Origin: Lama guanicoe | Taxonomy: Eukaryota | NCBI GenBank assembly: GCA_013239625.1 | Contig: MU053448.1 | Location: 62,001-126,000, forward strand | DNA: 64,000 bases | Reading direction: 5' to 3' | Shown: in pieces, positions 37,031 through 49,400 of the stretch | How the letters are laid out: every line of letters starts with the position of its first letter | Numbering within the stretch: position 1 is the first letter of the stretch | Notes under the pieces: model-generated | Databases searched by the model: none | The model's input: the letters and a program-made list of their open reading frames with translations, nothing else | Told to the model about the DNA's origin: nothing | Translations under genes and position numbers: made by a program

Positions 37031-38799
37031 GAAAATTGCACCTCTTGGAGAGTGATGGACATGTTAGCTATCTTGATTGTGGTGGTGGTTTCATGGATGT
37101 ATTCATGTATCAAAATTCATCAAATTGTACATTTGGAATATGTGTAGTTTACTGTACAGGAACCATACTATAATAAAGTGTTAAAAAATTTAAAAGAAAA
37201 AAAGAAAAGGATAATCCAATGCAAATGTTTTAACTTTTTATTTTGAAATAATTTCAAACTTAGGAGAAAAGTTGCAAGAATTGGACAAAGAAAACCTGTA
37301 TGGTCTTGTCTCTATTCCCGTGAAGTGAAGATTTTACCATCTTTGCTCTCTCATTTTCCTCTTCTTTTAATTTTTTTTTCTGAGCTTTTTCTGCGCAAGT
37401 TGCCCCATCACTCCAGAATATATCAGTGTTTGTCCTGCTCCTGCGTTATTCAACCATCAAAACTGAAAAATCAAAATATATTCAGTATCTTGTAGCAGCT
37501 CACGGTAAAAAAGAATATGAAAATGAATATATATATGTTCATATGTGACTGAAGCATTGCACTATGCACCAGAAATTGACACAACACTGTAAACGGACTA
37601 TACCTCAATAAAAAAGATAAGAATGTTCCATCCAGAAAATAGACAAAATGGAAAGATATAAAGAAAAGAAAAATCGTCCATAATTCTACTCAACCAGAAA
37701 AAAAACTACAAATATCAGCACGGAGGCATTACCACCCAATCTTCTGCCTCCATTCAGATTTCACTTGATTTGTTGTCAAGTTATGCTCTTGACAACAAAA
37801 GAATCCAGCCCACAAATACATGTACTGTGTTCAGTCACCACATCTCTTTATAAACTCCTTCCATCTGGAGCAGTTCCTCAGTCTCTGTCTGCCTTACAAG
37901 AAGATGGTGCCTCGTGTGGGCTTTCCTGATGGTACCTCGGGATTAGCTGCGAACGTACACTTAGCCCAGGGACACCACGGAAGGGACGCCCTGTTCTCTA
38001 CATATCTTATCAATCAGCAGTACTGGGGTTTCCGATTGCCCTATTACCGACAGTAACTTGCTCGCTTGGTTCAAGTGCAGTCTGCAGGCTTTTTCACTTT
38101 AAAGTTCTTTTCCACTTTGTAATAAATCAGTATTTCATGGGGACATCTGTATTAACAGAGCAAATAAATACCCTGTGACTCCTCAAATTCCACCCGCTAA
38201 TTTTAACATCCATTGATAACATTTTTATTGTTGTAAAAAACATACTTAATATAAAATTTTCTTTTAAATTGTTTGTTGTGTTCTTTTATCTCATAGTCAA
38301 TCAGGTATGTCCACGAGAGGAGGCCCAAGCGAGGCTCAGGAAAAACAAAGTTTACAATACTCACAAGTCCTAGAGACCGGATCCTAACATGCCTGCAGAG
38401 TCACAGGCGAAGTGACAGATTTTGATCAGGTACAGAAGACAGAAGCCAGGGTTAAGCTGAGCCTTTCCTGGGGTTTCCAGGGAAGCAGCAGGAAAGGCCA
38501 GTCTGAATACTTTCAGTGGGCTCTAAGCTGCAGGAGTGGTCCCTCGCTGCCTGGTACCTGACTGTAAAATGGTTGAGGCAGAGGAATATCTTCTTTCTGG
38601 GGCACAGGAGCCGGGCAGAGGAAGTATCGCCTAGACTGGTTAGTTTCCATGTCAATGATATACTGCTAGCTGAGTCCTTTGCTATCTCTAAGAGTGGACT
38701 AGCCTCAGGAGAAGCGGTCTTCCTTACCTAGAAAGCATTTTTTAAGATGTCAAAATATCACAGATATATGAAATATATATGAAAACATTTAAATATACA

Positions 38800-39410
38800 A
38801 CATACCATTTTTCAGTGTATAGATCAGTGACACTAAATATTTTCACGTTATTGTCCACCACCTACACTATCCATCTCCAGCACTTTTTCATCTTCCCAGA
38901 CTGAAACTCTGTGCTCATTCAACAATAACCTCCCATTCCTTGCTCCCCCAACCAGCCCCTGGCAACAACCACTATACTTTCTGTCTCTATAAACTTGACT
39001 GTCTCATGTAAGTGGAATCACACAGTATTTGGCCTTCTGTAATTAGCTTATCTCACTTAGCATACTGTCTTCAGGGTTCATCTATGTTGTAGCATGTGTC
39101 AGAATTTTGTTCCTTTTTAAGGCTGAACAACATTTCATTGTATGGAACACGTATATCCACATTTTGTTTATCCATTCATTCACTGACGGACATTTGTGTT
39201 GTTTCCATATTTTGGCTAATCGGCATAGAGCTGCTATGACTATTAGTGTACAAAGATCTTTTGAGTTTCTGCTTTCAGTTCTTTTGGGTCTGATTGCTAA
39301 ATCATGCACTAATTCTATGCCTCATTTTTTAGGAACTGCCATACTGTTTTCCATGCTGAATGTACCAGTTTACATTCCAATAATGTAAATGGGCTCCAGT
39401 TAGTAAATTC
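38800..39410 (-). mobile_element. Old L1M 3' region
   Basis: CTGAAACTCTGTGCTCATT...GCCCCTGGCAAC...TTCCTTTTTAAGGCTGAA. Confidence 0.8.
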
Positions 39411-39599
39411 CCTGTCAGCACTGAGATTTCTCAAACAAGTATTTTATTTGGGGTCATCCTAGAGACACAATCTTATGCTGTCAGAAGCCAGGCTAGAGTT
39501 TAGTCAAGTTTTTCAGTGCAAGGGTTTGGATGGAGTCATTCTGTGCAGAGCATTCTGCTGTCCTCATCCCTTAGGCCTCCCAGAGTGGTCAGTTTGCAC

Positions 39600-42090
39600 C
39601 AACGCAAGGATGTGAGTCCCATGCAGGGGTGTGGGTGGGCGTGGACAACTGTTGTGGTCACCCTCTCTGGATGCATCCTTCCAGGCCTCTAGAAAACACT
39701 GTGTGAGGTGATCCCCATGCTGGGAGTGGGAAGCTGGCCCCAGACACCCTTTCCAGGCCTTCCTGTCTGGTTTCTGCACACAGAAACATTTTCTAGAGGG
39801 GCAGGTGATGAAGGGGTCCATGAGAGACTGTGGTTGGACCATCTGCCTCTCCACAGGCTTCCCTGGCTGGCCACTGCAGAGACATGGAAAAATATTTACG
39901 TGGTACATCTGACCACTGAGCCGCATGTAGGACTGTGGCCAGGACAGTGATGGGCCTCCCTGTCCATCCCAGGTCAGTCTCTGCCTCCAAAGGGGACTTA
40001 GGAAAAATTTTAACAGACTCATCTGGTATCTAGGCCCCATGCAGGACTGTCTGGGCCCCGATACCGTCTCACGGCCTCCCTACCCAGGGCTTTGCACAGA
40101 GAGGACTCGGAAACGTTTTCCACGGGTGACCAGGCCTGAGCCTGACCATGGTCAGGACACCTCCATGGGGCTCCCTGCCATCCTAGGCCAGTCTGCACCA
40201 CGATGAGGGCTTAGGAAAGTTGCTGGGTGCTGCCTGCAATGACCGGCCCTACAGAGGACCTCAATGAGGCTGGGTATGATCTCAGGGTGCATCTGACCTG
40301 CCTGTGTGTCCCCTTCTCTGGTGGTGACATGAAAATATTTGGGGGGCTGCATGCAATGACCAGGCCCACATGGGAAACCACCAGGCCTGGGAACCCCCTT
40401 CTTGGTTCTCACTGGCTCACATCATTGGCTGGAACTTACGAACATTTTAGGAGTGCCCTCTATGACTAGGCCCCATATGGCACCCTTCCAGGGGCCTCTC
40501 TGGCCGGCTCTGACCAATCCCCATTTGTAAGGGGGATCTGGCAACCATGGTCGGGACTAAGGCACCCTCCTGGTACCTCCTTGTCGGTCACAGGCTGGTG
40601 TCCACTTCCAACAAGGGACATAAAAATTTTCTGGACCTAACAAAGCACCCTCCCTGGGTAGGCCCTGATGACCTGGGCAGGTGCCCACATCCTCCAGAGG
40701 TGGACATCCAGAGGCCATCCAATGACCAGATCCACACAGGACCAGGGCCTGACCTATAGTGCCCTCTCAGGCCATAGAGGTTCCCCTCCTCCCCTACTTT
40801 GAGGGGGATGTTTTAGGAGACACACTAATGACCTAGACTCATGCAGGACCATACCTGAGTCCACCTGCCCTCCTCCACTTCCCGCCTGGTTGGGGCTAGA
40901 GTGGGATTAGGAACACTCAGTGGGTGCTGCTGACAGCCAGGGCCCCTCCCCAGGCCTCCCTGCTAGGCTGTTTACATGTCAGTCAGTGGAAGGGGAGTGA
41001 GAAACATTTGTGGGAGGGACCTTTTCACTTTGGAGTCAGGTACCACCCAAGGTGGTACCCCACCTTGGCCATGGTTCCACCTATAGATGCAAATTACCAA
41101 AATGTTCATGTCTCCCTCTCTAGGGGGCAATCACCAAGGCAGGCATGGGGCTCCGGGAGGGGCACCTTGGGCCTGGCTGTGGTCCTGCCTGGGGACTGGT
41201 CTTTGGAGGCATTCTCAAAACATTTCTAAGCCACTCCCTGGAGTAGAAAGGCCTGGGAAGGCCAGGGAGGCCTGGGGAAGGAGCCTGGATGGGTCCTGGT
41301 ATTGGGAGCCTCACCCCAAAAGTTTCTAATTCTCCCTCCAAAGGCCAGAACCAGCCCAATTAGTACAGACAGGCCTGTGGAGGACACTCTGGACAGGCCA
41401 CAATCCTGCATGAGTCTGGTCATTGGCTACATCTCCCCCAAGCATTTCCAATTTTCCTCAGGCTAGTGATGGATATAGAGAAGGGCACTGTTGTCCCCAA
41501 ATTTTTGTTAAGTCCCCTCAGGAAGCCAGGACAAACTTAGCTGGGCATCCGGGGTAGGTATTCTTAGACTGGCACAGTCCCATGTGTGGCGCATTCAACG
41601 GAGACACCCCTGAAATATTTCTAAGTCCCTCCAAAGTAGCCACTGGGACAGGCTCAGGCTGGACAAGAAGGATGTGGATGGTGCCCCTAATCAAGCTACC
41701 ATCGTGTGTGGGGCCTTCCCAGAATTTTTCTTTTCAGAACCTTTCCAGAAAATTTATCCAAGGGCCATCCTTGAGGGCTGAACAGTGCACCCAGGCCTGT
41801 TTGCCATCCTGTCTTTGTATAGTCCTCCCAAAATGTTTCCACGTGCCCTGCAGAGTGGGTGATCAGCCTTAAAGTCCCACAGCAGGCATCTGGGGCCCAA
41901 TGGCGTTTTGAATGGAGCTCAGTCATCAGAGGCACCAGAGACACCTTTGGAAAATTTTTCCAACTTCCCTTCCAGAAAGGGGAGACTGGCCCAAGCCAGC
42001 GAGGGAGGCCTGGGAGAGTGGCTCAGTCCCTACTGGTCCAAGTCACTGGGAGCACCCTGTTCTAAGTCTCCCTCCAGAGGTCAAGACCAA
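39600..42090. repeat. Unidentified degenerate ~100-115-bp tandem array arranged as an inverted repeat
   Basis: GAGGGGACTTAGGAAAATTT-like and ATGACCAGGCCCCATGCAGGAC-like motifs recur on + until ~41010 and as reverse complements from ~41090. Confidence 0.75.
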
Positions 42091-42390
42091 CCAGCTAGGT
42101 GGAGAGGTAGAGGAGGCACATATAAGTGTGTATGTATATTTTGATTTTTGGAGATGTATAACATGCAATTATAGATTTGGAGTGCTAAGTAAAATGTGAG
42201 CTGCATACACAAATTTAAGAATTATACAAAAATTTTTTTTTTAAGTTACACAGATGATAGCTGAAACTGGGGTAGAAAAGATTGCCTAGGAAGCAAGTAG
42301 AAATCCCCTTTCCTAGAGTTATTTCTACTGCTATGAGCTTCCTCTTCTTGTGGGATTTGTGCAATGGTGTGTAGTCTATGTTTCAGTAGT

Positions 42391-42742
42391 TGCTATAGCC
42401 TGGATGTTTGTGTCCCCCGCCAAGATTCATACGTTGAAATCCAATACCAATATGATGTTATTTGGGAGGTGATGGCATTTTGGGAGGTGATTAGAAAAGG
42501 AGGGTGGAGCCCTCAAGATTGAGATTAGTGTCCTTATAAAAGAGGCCCCAGTGAGCTCCTTGCCCCTTTCAACCGTGAGGACACAATCAGAAGTCTGCTT
42601 CCAGGAAAAGGGACCTCACTCAACCATGCTGGCACCCTGATCTCAAACTCCAGCCTCCAGAACTATGAGAAATAAGTTTCTGTTGCTTACAATCCACTCT
42701 GTCTGTGGTAGTTTGTTACAGAAGCCCAAACGGACCACGTCA
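42391..42742 (+). mobile_element. MaLR LTR (MLT1A-like)
   Basis: TGCTATAGCCTGGATGTTTGTGTCCCCC...CAGCCTCCAGAACTATGAGAAATAAGTTTCTGTTG...CA. Confidence 0.8.
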
Positions 42743-43299
42743 GTGGTGTATTATCAGCTCTTTTTCTACAGTAATGCAGTGTAATAAATCACACGAAAAC
42801 CTGCTAGATCTAAAAAAGAAAACAAAAATTAAAGAGTTCCATGCAACAAGCCTTGGAACGGTTATGAGCAATACTTAACAGAAAGTTAGTTTAAAACTAC
42901 AGTTTTAATTACGAACAACGACAAAGACCTTACTCCACCTTTAGCCGACCGGGGTTTACCAAAATCACCGGGGAGAGGAGGAAAGGCAGCGCTCCGCCCC
43001 CGTGCGGGACAACTGCTGCAGTGCGGGCCACGTCGGGCGGCCGGTGCAGGCGCGGGGACTGAAACATCACTAGAGATCACCGCTAGGAGGGGAAACTGAC
43101 GCCTGGAGAAGGAGACAACTGACGGGTCACGGCATCTGAAAATGCAGATACACTGACTGAGAAGTGGCTGTTCTCAGAACATCAACAGTTAAACCACCAA
43201 CCGAGGATAGCCTGAGACTATCAGTAAGATAACTAATAATAATGACTAACCCTCTGAAGACGCTCCTAAATTAACCCACGTGGGACCAGCGAACACACA

Positions 43300-43450
43300 C
43301 CGGAGCCACCAATAAAAATACGCGTGGAGACTCAACGCTGCGGCAGCGTGAACTCTCGCGAGAGCCGCACAGCCTCTCCGAGGCACCGGCAGCTCGAACT
43401 CTCGCGAGAGCGGGCGCGACCTCACGCAAGGCGGTGGGAGCGCGGGAGAT
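43300..43450 (+). promoter_or_regulatory. TUBGCP5 CpG-island promoter with two TCTCGCGAGA elements
   Basis: Palindrome CTCTCGCGAGAG at 43353-43364 and 43399-43410. CCAAT at ~43309. CpG island ~42950-43870. Confidence 0.8.
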
Positions 43451-46400
43451 ATGGCGTCGCCGGCGCCGTCCTGGAGCCGCCTGGACCCACAGCAAGAGCG
43501 CGACGTGCGCGAGCTCGTCCGCCGGGTGGCGGGCATCCAGGACGAGGCGGACCCCAATTTCCAGCTCGCTCTGCACTTCGCCTGGTCCAACTTCAGGTGT
43601 GGGCGCGGCACCGGGGCCGGGGACGGGACGGGGTTAGGCGAGGGGAGGGGCGCGCGGCCGGACCCCCGGCACAGCCCCCGCGCGCCCTGCTGCGTCGGCA
43701 GCGCGGGGCCCTCCGCCTTCTGGTCCCCGGCGCGGTGACACACGCAAGCACAAACAGTGGTTGTGGGTGGCTGGGGGTCGTCCTCCCGTTCTAGAAGCGT
43801 GCTCCTGGGGAACGGGTCTGTCTGTCCTGTTCCGCTCCGCCCACTGCACTTAGCGCGGGACAGTGCGCATCAAGCATATTTTGAATGGATGGCAGAGTGA
43901 AGTTTTAGAGCAAAATAGTGGTCACACCCTATTTAAAACCGCATTCTCATTTACTGCCTCTTCCTGCTCTGGCCACTCCAGATTTTCCTTACCCTACTTT
44001 CCTTTTTCTTTTTGCAAAACGCATAGCGTTACACGTCGGATAACTTCTCTGTTGTTTACTGTTTGTCTCTTCCACTTCCACCTTCAGTTCCACCAGGGTA
44101 GGGATCTTAGTCTGTTTTGTTCATTTTTTATTCCAGAACCTAGAACAGTTCTTAGTACAAGAGTACACCAAATCACGTAATATACCTTCTCATACAATTT
44201 ATAATGTAATTAATTTTTAAAGATTTATAGGTTAGATACTTTGGTGAAATCAGAGCTCTCATTTTTCTTTATGGAAGATGTAAATTAGATAATACTGTTA
44301 TGATCGTTACCTGAAACTATTATTGAAATAATGTTAGTCATTGTTAATACTGTACCTGTTTAATTTCATTAGAAATCTTCTTGAATAGTGAACAGTTTTT
44401 CAAAATCTGTAATCTTGATTATCAGCCTTAATGATCATACATAAAGTGCTTACTTGGTTTATAATAAGAATAAACAATGAGTCTAAAAGCCTACCAAGTT
44501 TCTGAAACTACTCACTTCTGAAATGTGACTTGCAAATATAACAGCCTCTGAATAGGTCATATAAGATAGAAAAATGTAAATGCTAAATCCTAAATAATTT
44601 TTCTGTTGATATTTCTGAATGACAGTAGGTAGATGGACATCATTTTAGAGTTGGGAGCAACATTCCAAGTTACTATCTCCTTTTACACATTGAAAAGCTA
44701 AATTATAATAGGTAAAGTAGTGTTCCACTCAGCCATTTACTGGGTTAGAATTAGATATGTTATTTCGTAGTATAATTTACTTCTTTTTTTAACAAGTTAA
44801 AGTTTTTTAAATAGACTTAATTTATTTTTATTTTTGTTTTCTTTTTTTTTTTGAAGGGGGAGTCAATTAGGTTTATTTATTTATTTACTTTTTTTTTTAA
44901 TGGAGGTACTGGGAATTAAGCATGCACTCTACCACTGAGCTATGCCCTCCCCCACAATTTACTTCTTTTAAGTACAGACTATATGGCTTTGATACTAAAA
45001 GAGAGAAAACAAGAGTTGAGTGACCTATATGGTAATTTCATGTTGCTTTAATCCATCAGAAAAATGAACAGTTCGTGTCTGCTTTTTTAAAAATTGTGGC
45101 CACATTCTAGAAATTCATAGGTAGATGAAGCAATAGCTTCTATCATTAAGGAAGATAGACAAAAATTAATTACATGTGATATAAAACAGGGGTTCCTAAC
45201 CTGAAGGCCTGAAGATAGAATTCAGGTGTTACGGATTTGGACAAGAGAAAAATTACACTAACCTCTAACTAAAAAGTAACATTTCCTTCAACTGTGAGTG
45301 AAAGCAGCAAGCAGTAATAGCTTATGCATGACTGTCACCAGCAGAAACCACATATTTCACTATCATAGTGTAGTTACTGCAGGTATTTCTAGATGTTATT
45401 TACTGTTACTGTCACGTAGTTATGAACCCACTACTAGGTCTTGTTATTTAGTGCTTTAATAAAGAAATATATCTCTTACTATGTTACACACTTTAAAAAA
45501 AAATTCACAGCTGTATTTCAGTATACTTGATTTCTTTTTTATTTCATTTTATGATTTGAAAGCATTATTCTGAGAAGAGGTCCCTGGGATTCCTTGGGCT
45601 TCCCTATGGCATAAAATGATTAGGAACCCCCACTGTGGAATGTGCTCTGCTGGACCTAGACATAAGGCGTTACGGGCAGACAAAGGAGCCAGAGGGCAGG
45701 ACTGGGAAGCTCAGGACAACCTGTATCCTGTGGAAAGGATGCTTAAGCAGTCTGAGATTCAGTGGTTATTTGCATGGATGATGGAGGTGATACAGGGAGA
45801 GAGGTGCACTCGTTGGGAACATAAAGCTGAGTATAGAGTGTCTGGGGGGATGGGGAGGGCTATGAGACTAGTCTACTTAGCTATATAACAAGATTAATAG
45901 AAGAATTACATTTTATCTTTTAGATTTCATCGTTTCCTGGATGTCAACAGCCACAAAGTAGAAAAGACAATAGAAGGGTAAGTCAGTTTCTTTGTATATA
46001 TATATGTGCATATTCAGAAATAATGTGTTTTTCTTACTGACCTTTTTATTAATAAAGCTTTGTAATTATGAGTTGATTTTTCTAATATATTTTAGAATTT
46101 ATGAAAAATTCATCATTCATTCTGATCTCAGCAAAGCTGCTAGTTGGAAGAGATTAACTGAGGAATTTCTAAATGCGTCACTTCCGAGCATAAAGGAAGT
46201 AAAGGTATGCTATATTGTGAGAGCTCTGTTGTAGTTTACTGTTTCCAATCTGATTATTGTCAACTGTTTCTCTTAATATGTAAACATTCATTCTGTATTC
46301 ATATTATCCACTGGCTAGAGCAGAATCTCCTGGAAGTTGACTTAAGTGTTGCCATCAAATCCAGTGTGCCTCAGGCTTGTGACGAAAGAAGTGTGTTCTT

Positions 46401-49400
46401 GTTTGTCTTCTTAACCCCAACGTACTATGGAAATTGAGATCAGAGATTGGCACAAATGATAACACTGGCTGGCTGTCTTAAAACAGGCACAGACTTCCCG
46501 ATGTCCCTTCCCAGGGAAGTCACGTGGGGATGTACTTAATTCTTCGAGTGACAATGCAAATGCAACAGCACATGCGGTGTTGCAAACCAGGGAAACTCAC
46601 CTGGGTCTTGGTGTCCAGGGTTTTTCTAGGGGTCAGTCACATGGATATGCAGTGCCCACGTGGCTGACCTTAGATGCTCAGTCTCCAGCACCCCCCCCCC
46701 CGGAACAACAAACCAAGGACCTCATGTGTACAGAATCATTCACCATAAGTCACATTGTTGGCATAAATAATGGTCAAACTGGTAATAATGTGGCCCAAAG
46801 ACTCTGACATACAAAAACACTCTTCTATCTGGATAATCCAAGGGCTCAGAAGGTAACTCTCAGAAGCCAGTCAAGGCCAGTCCTGAAGACCTTTGACATG
46901 TTCAGGGTTTGGGCAACCCAGGCCTCCTGAGTTAACCCTTCATTGCATACATATAGTAACACATAATCTTCACAGTCACCTCTATAGGGTGTTCTGTTAC
47001 CGATAGGCTTTCCCTTTGTGTACGCTTTGTTGGAGCCTAAGGAAGAGAACTTCAGATAATTTTTAAAACTGTCCATCAGTTTAAGGAAGGACTGTAAAGA
47101 TACTTCTGAAAAAGAGAGCTGCAGTGCTCTGAATCTGTGCCCAGAGGGTTAGGGGGGCACTTCCTTGTATTATTCCTGCCGGGATCATTTTGAAAGAGAA
47201 GGAGGCAAACCTTTTTTTAGATCTCTTCTTGTTTCATCTTAATATGACTGTAGAATTTAATAATTTAGGCACCATGACACCATAATATTAATAATAAAAA
47301 TAGTGGCAAGCATGTTTAGAGCACTTACTATGTGCCAGGCACTGTTAGTCCCGTGAAGACCATTCTCAGTAGGTTCTGTTATCGCTTTGGCCAGGCAGAT
47401 GCCCTAATCTCAGTTTCATCTATACCAGTACCTATGTTGTGCAGAATGAAAGAGTGTCACTTCTGATTCCTGCTTTGACCTTTTCGTTACCGTCTCTGGG
47501 CATTTTTCTGTAGACCCCCAGCTATAGGGCTCACTGAACACAGTGAAACTGTATTCCCGGCTTTTCTGCAGCACATCCTGTGTCCTGTACCTGCGCTGCC
47601 TGTCCCTTCCTCTCCTGCCCGAAGAATCTCATCACTTAATAGTAAAGGCACATCTTGTCTAGAGATACTGCATATTTAACTTACTGTGTTTGTTATGTTT
47701 ATTTCCTGTCTCCCCTTTACTGTAGAAGTTTTACACATGTAAGCACCTAGAACCGAGCAGGCAGTAGATATTTGTTGAGGAAATAAATCTGTGCGGTCCT
47801 TTCTGCCTTGCTGTGCCTCTATCCTCGGCTCCTGCCCCACTTACTCAGCAGAGTTGATTGCTCTTTTCTCCTCTGCGGGTGCATCTGACAGGTCTGTTGT
47901 AGTGTAGCAATAATGTCATGCTTTTTCAGCTTTATTGATTTATAACTTACATACCATAAAATCTGCCCACTGTGAATGTTCAGTTCATTGATTTTTTAGT
48001 ATATATGTAGTCACGCAACCACAGTCCAGGTTTAGAACATTGCCATCACCCCAGAAGTTTTCCTAAAGCCCCTTTGCAATCAGTGCCCACTTCCACCCCA
48101 ACTCTAGACAACTATGGATCAACTTGCTATACTTTTTAATTTGCCTTTCTGGACATTTCGTATAGATAAGATCATACAGTATCCAGTTTTCGTGTCTACT
48201 GTTCTTTCATGTTTTTGAGGTTCACCCTTGTAGCATGTGTTCATAGTCTACTTTTAATTACTGTGTAGTATTCCTTGGATGGGTATGCCACATTTTGCTT
48301 ATTCACCAGTGGATGACATTTGGATTGTTGCCAGATTTTGGTTAGTATGAATGACAGACTGCTGTGAGTATTCCCATACAAGCTTCGCATGGACATAAGT
48401 CTCCACACTTCCTGATAGATCTCTACAAGTGGAATTGCTCTTTTATATGGTAAGCTTATGTTTAACCTTTTAAAAGCTGCAGCATTTATTTCCCAAAGTG
48501 GCTATATCATTTTATATTCCCACCAGCAATGTATAAGGGTTCCAGTTTCTCCACATCCTTGCCAACACTTGTTGTTTGTCTGTTTGATTGCAGACATCCT
48601 AGAGAGTAGGTAGTGATACTTTGTTGTGGTTTGATTCATATTTGCGAAGTGGCTAATGATGTTGAGCATTTTTTTTCATGTGCTTTTTAGCCATTCATAT
48701 GCCTTCTGTGTTCATCCAAGTCTTTTACCCATTTTTAAACTGGCTTCCTTGTCTTCTTATTTGAGTCATCGAAGTTGTTTATATATTTCTCATAAAAGTT
48801 CTTCATCAGAATGTGATTTACAGATATTTTCCTCCAGTCCCTAGCTTGTCTTCATTTTCTTAGTGGTACCTTTTGAAGCTCCAAAAGTTTTCCTTTTAAT
48901 TAAATCCATTTTAGCTATTTCCTTTTTTCATGATTCATGCTTTTGGTGTCATATCTGAGAACTCTTTCCCTAATTCAAAGATATAAAGACTTTCTCCTGT
49001 GTTGTCTTCTAGCAATGTTAGCACGTGCATTTAGATATGTGATCCACTTTGAGTTAATAGTTGTGTGTATTGTAAGGAAAGGATCTAAGGTGGATTTTTT
49101 TTTGGCCTACAAATATCCAATTGTCCTGTCACTGTTTGTTGAAAACACCGTTCTTTTCCTATTGAACTGTCTTGGCAACTTTGTCAAAAACAAATTTACT
49201 GTAAATGTAAGGATTTACAGGCTCTTGGTTGTTTTCATTACAGGTCCCCCACTGTGTGCCTGTCCTTACACAAATACTACACTGGCTTTATTACTGTAGC
49301 TTTATAGTAAGTTTTGGGATCTGGTGACAGAAGTCCTCCAACTTTTTTCTTTTTCAAAACTGTTCTGTTTATCCTAGACTCTTTGGATTTGCATACACAT

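Noticed and set aside
39521..39531. GGGTTTGGAT resembling a Ricksha/MuDR terminus at the left edge of the array
   Set aside because: The match is only 10 nt, and I found no matching inverted terminus at the right edge.
39600..42090. Array considered as CRISPR-like or protein-coding
   Set aside because: The context is mammalian, the units are degenerate along their whole length with no identical repeats or unique spacers, and the ORFs are short and inconsistent in frame.
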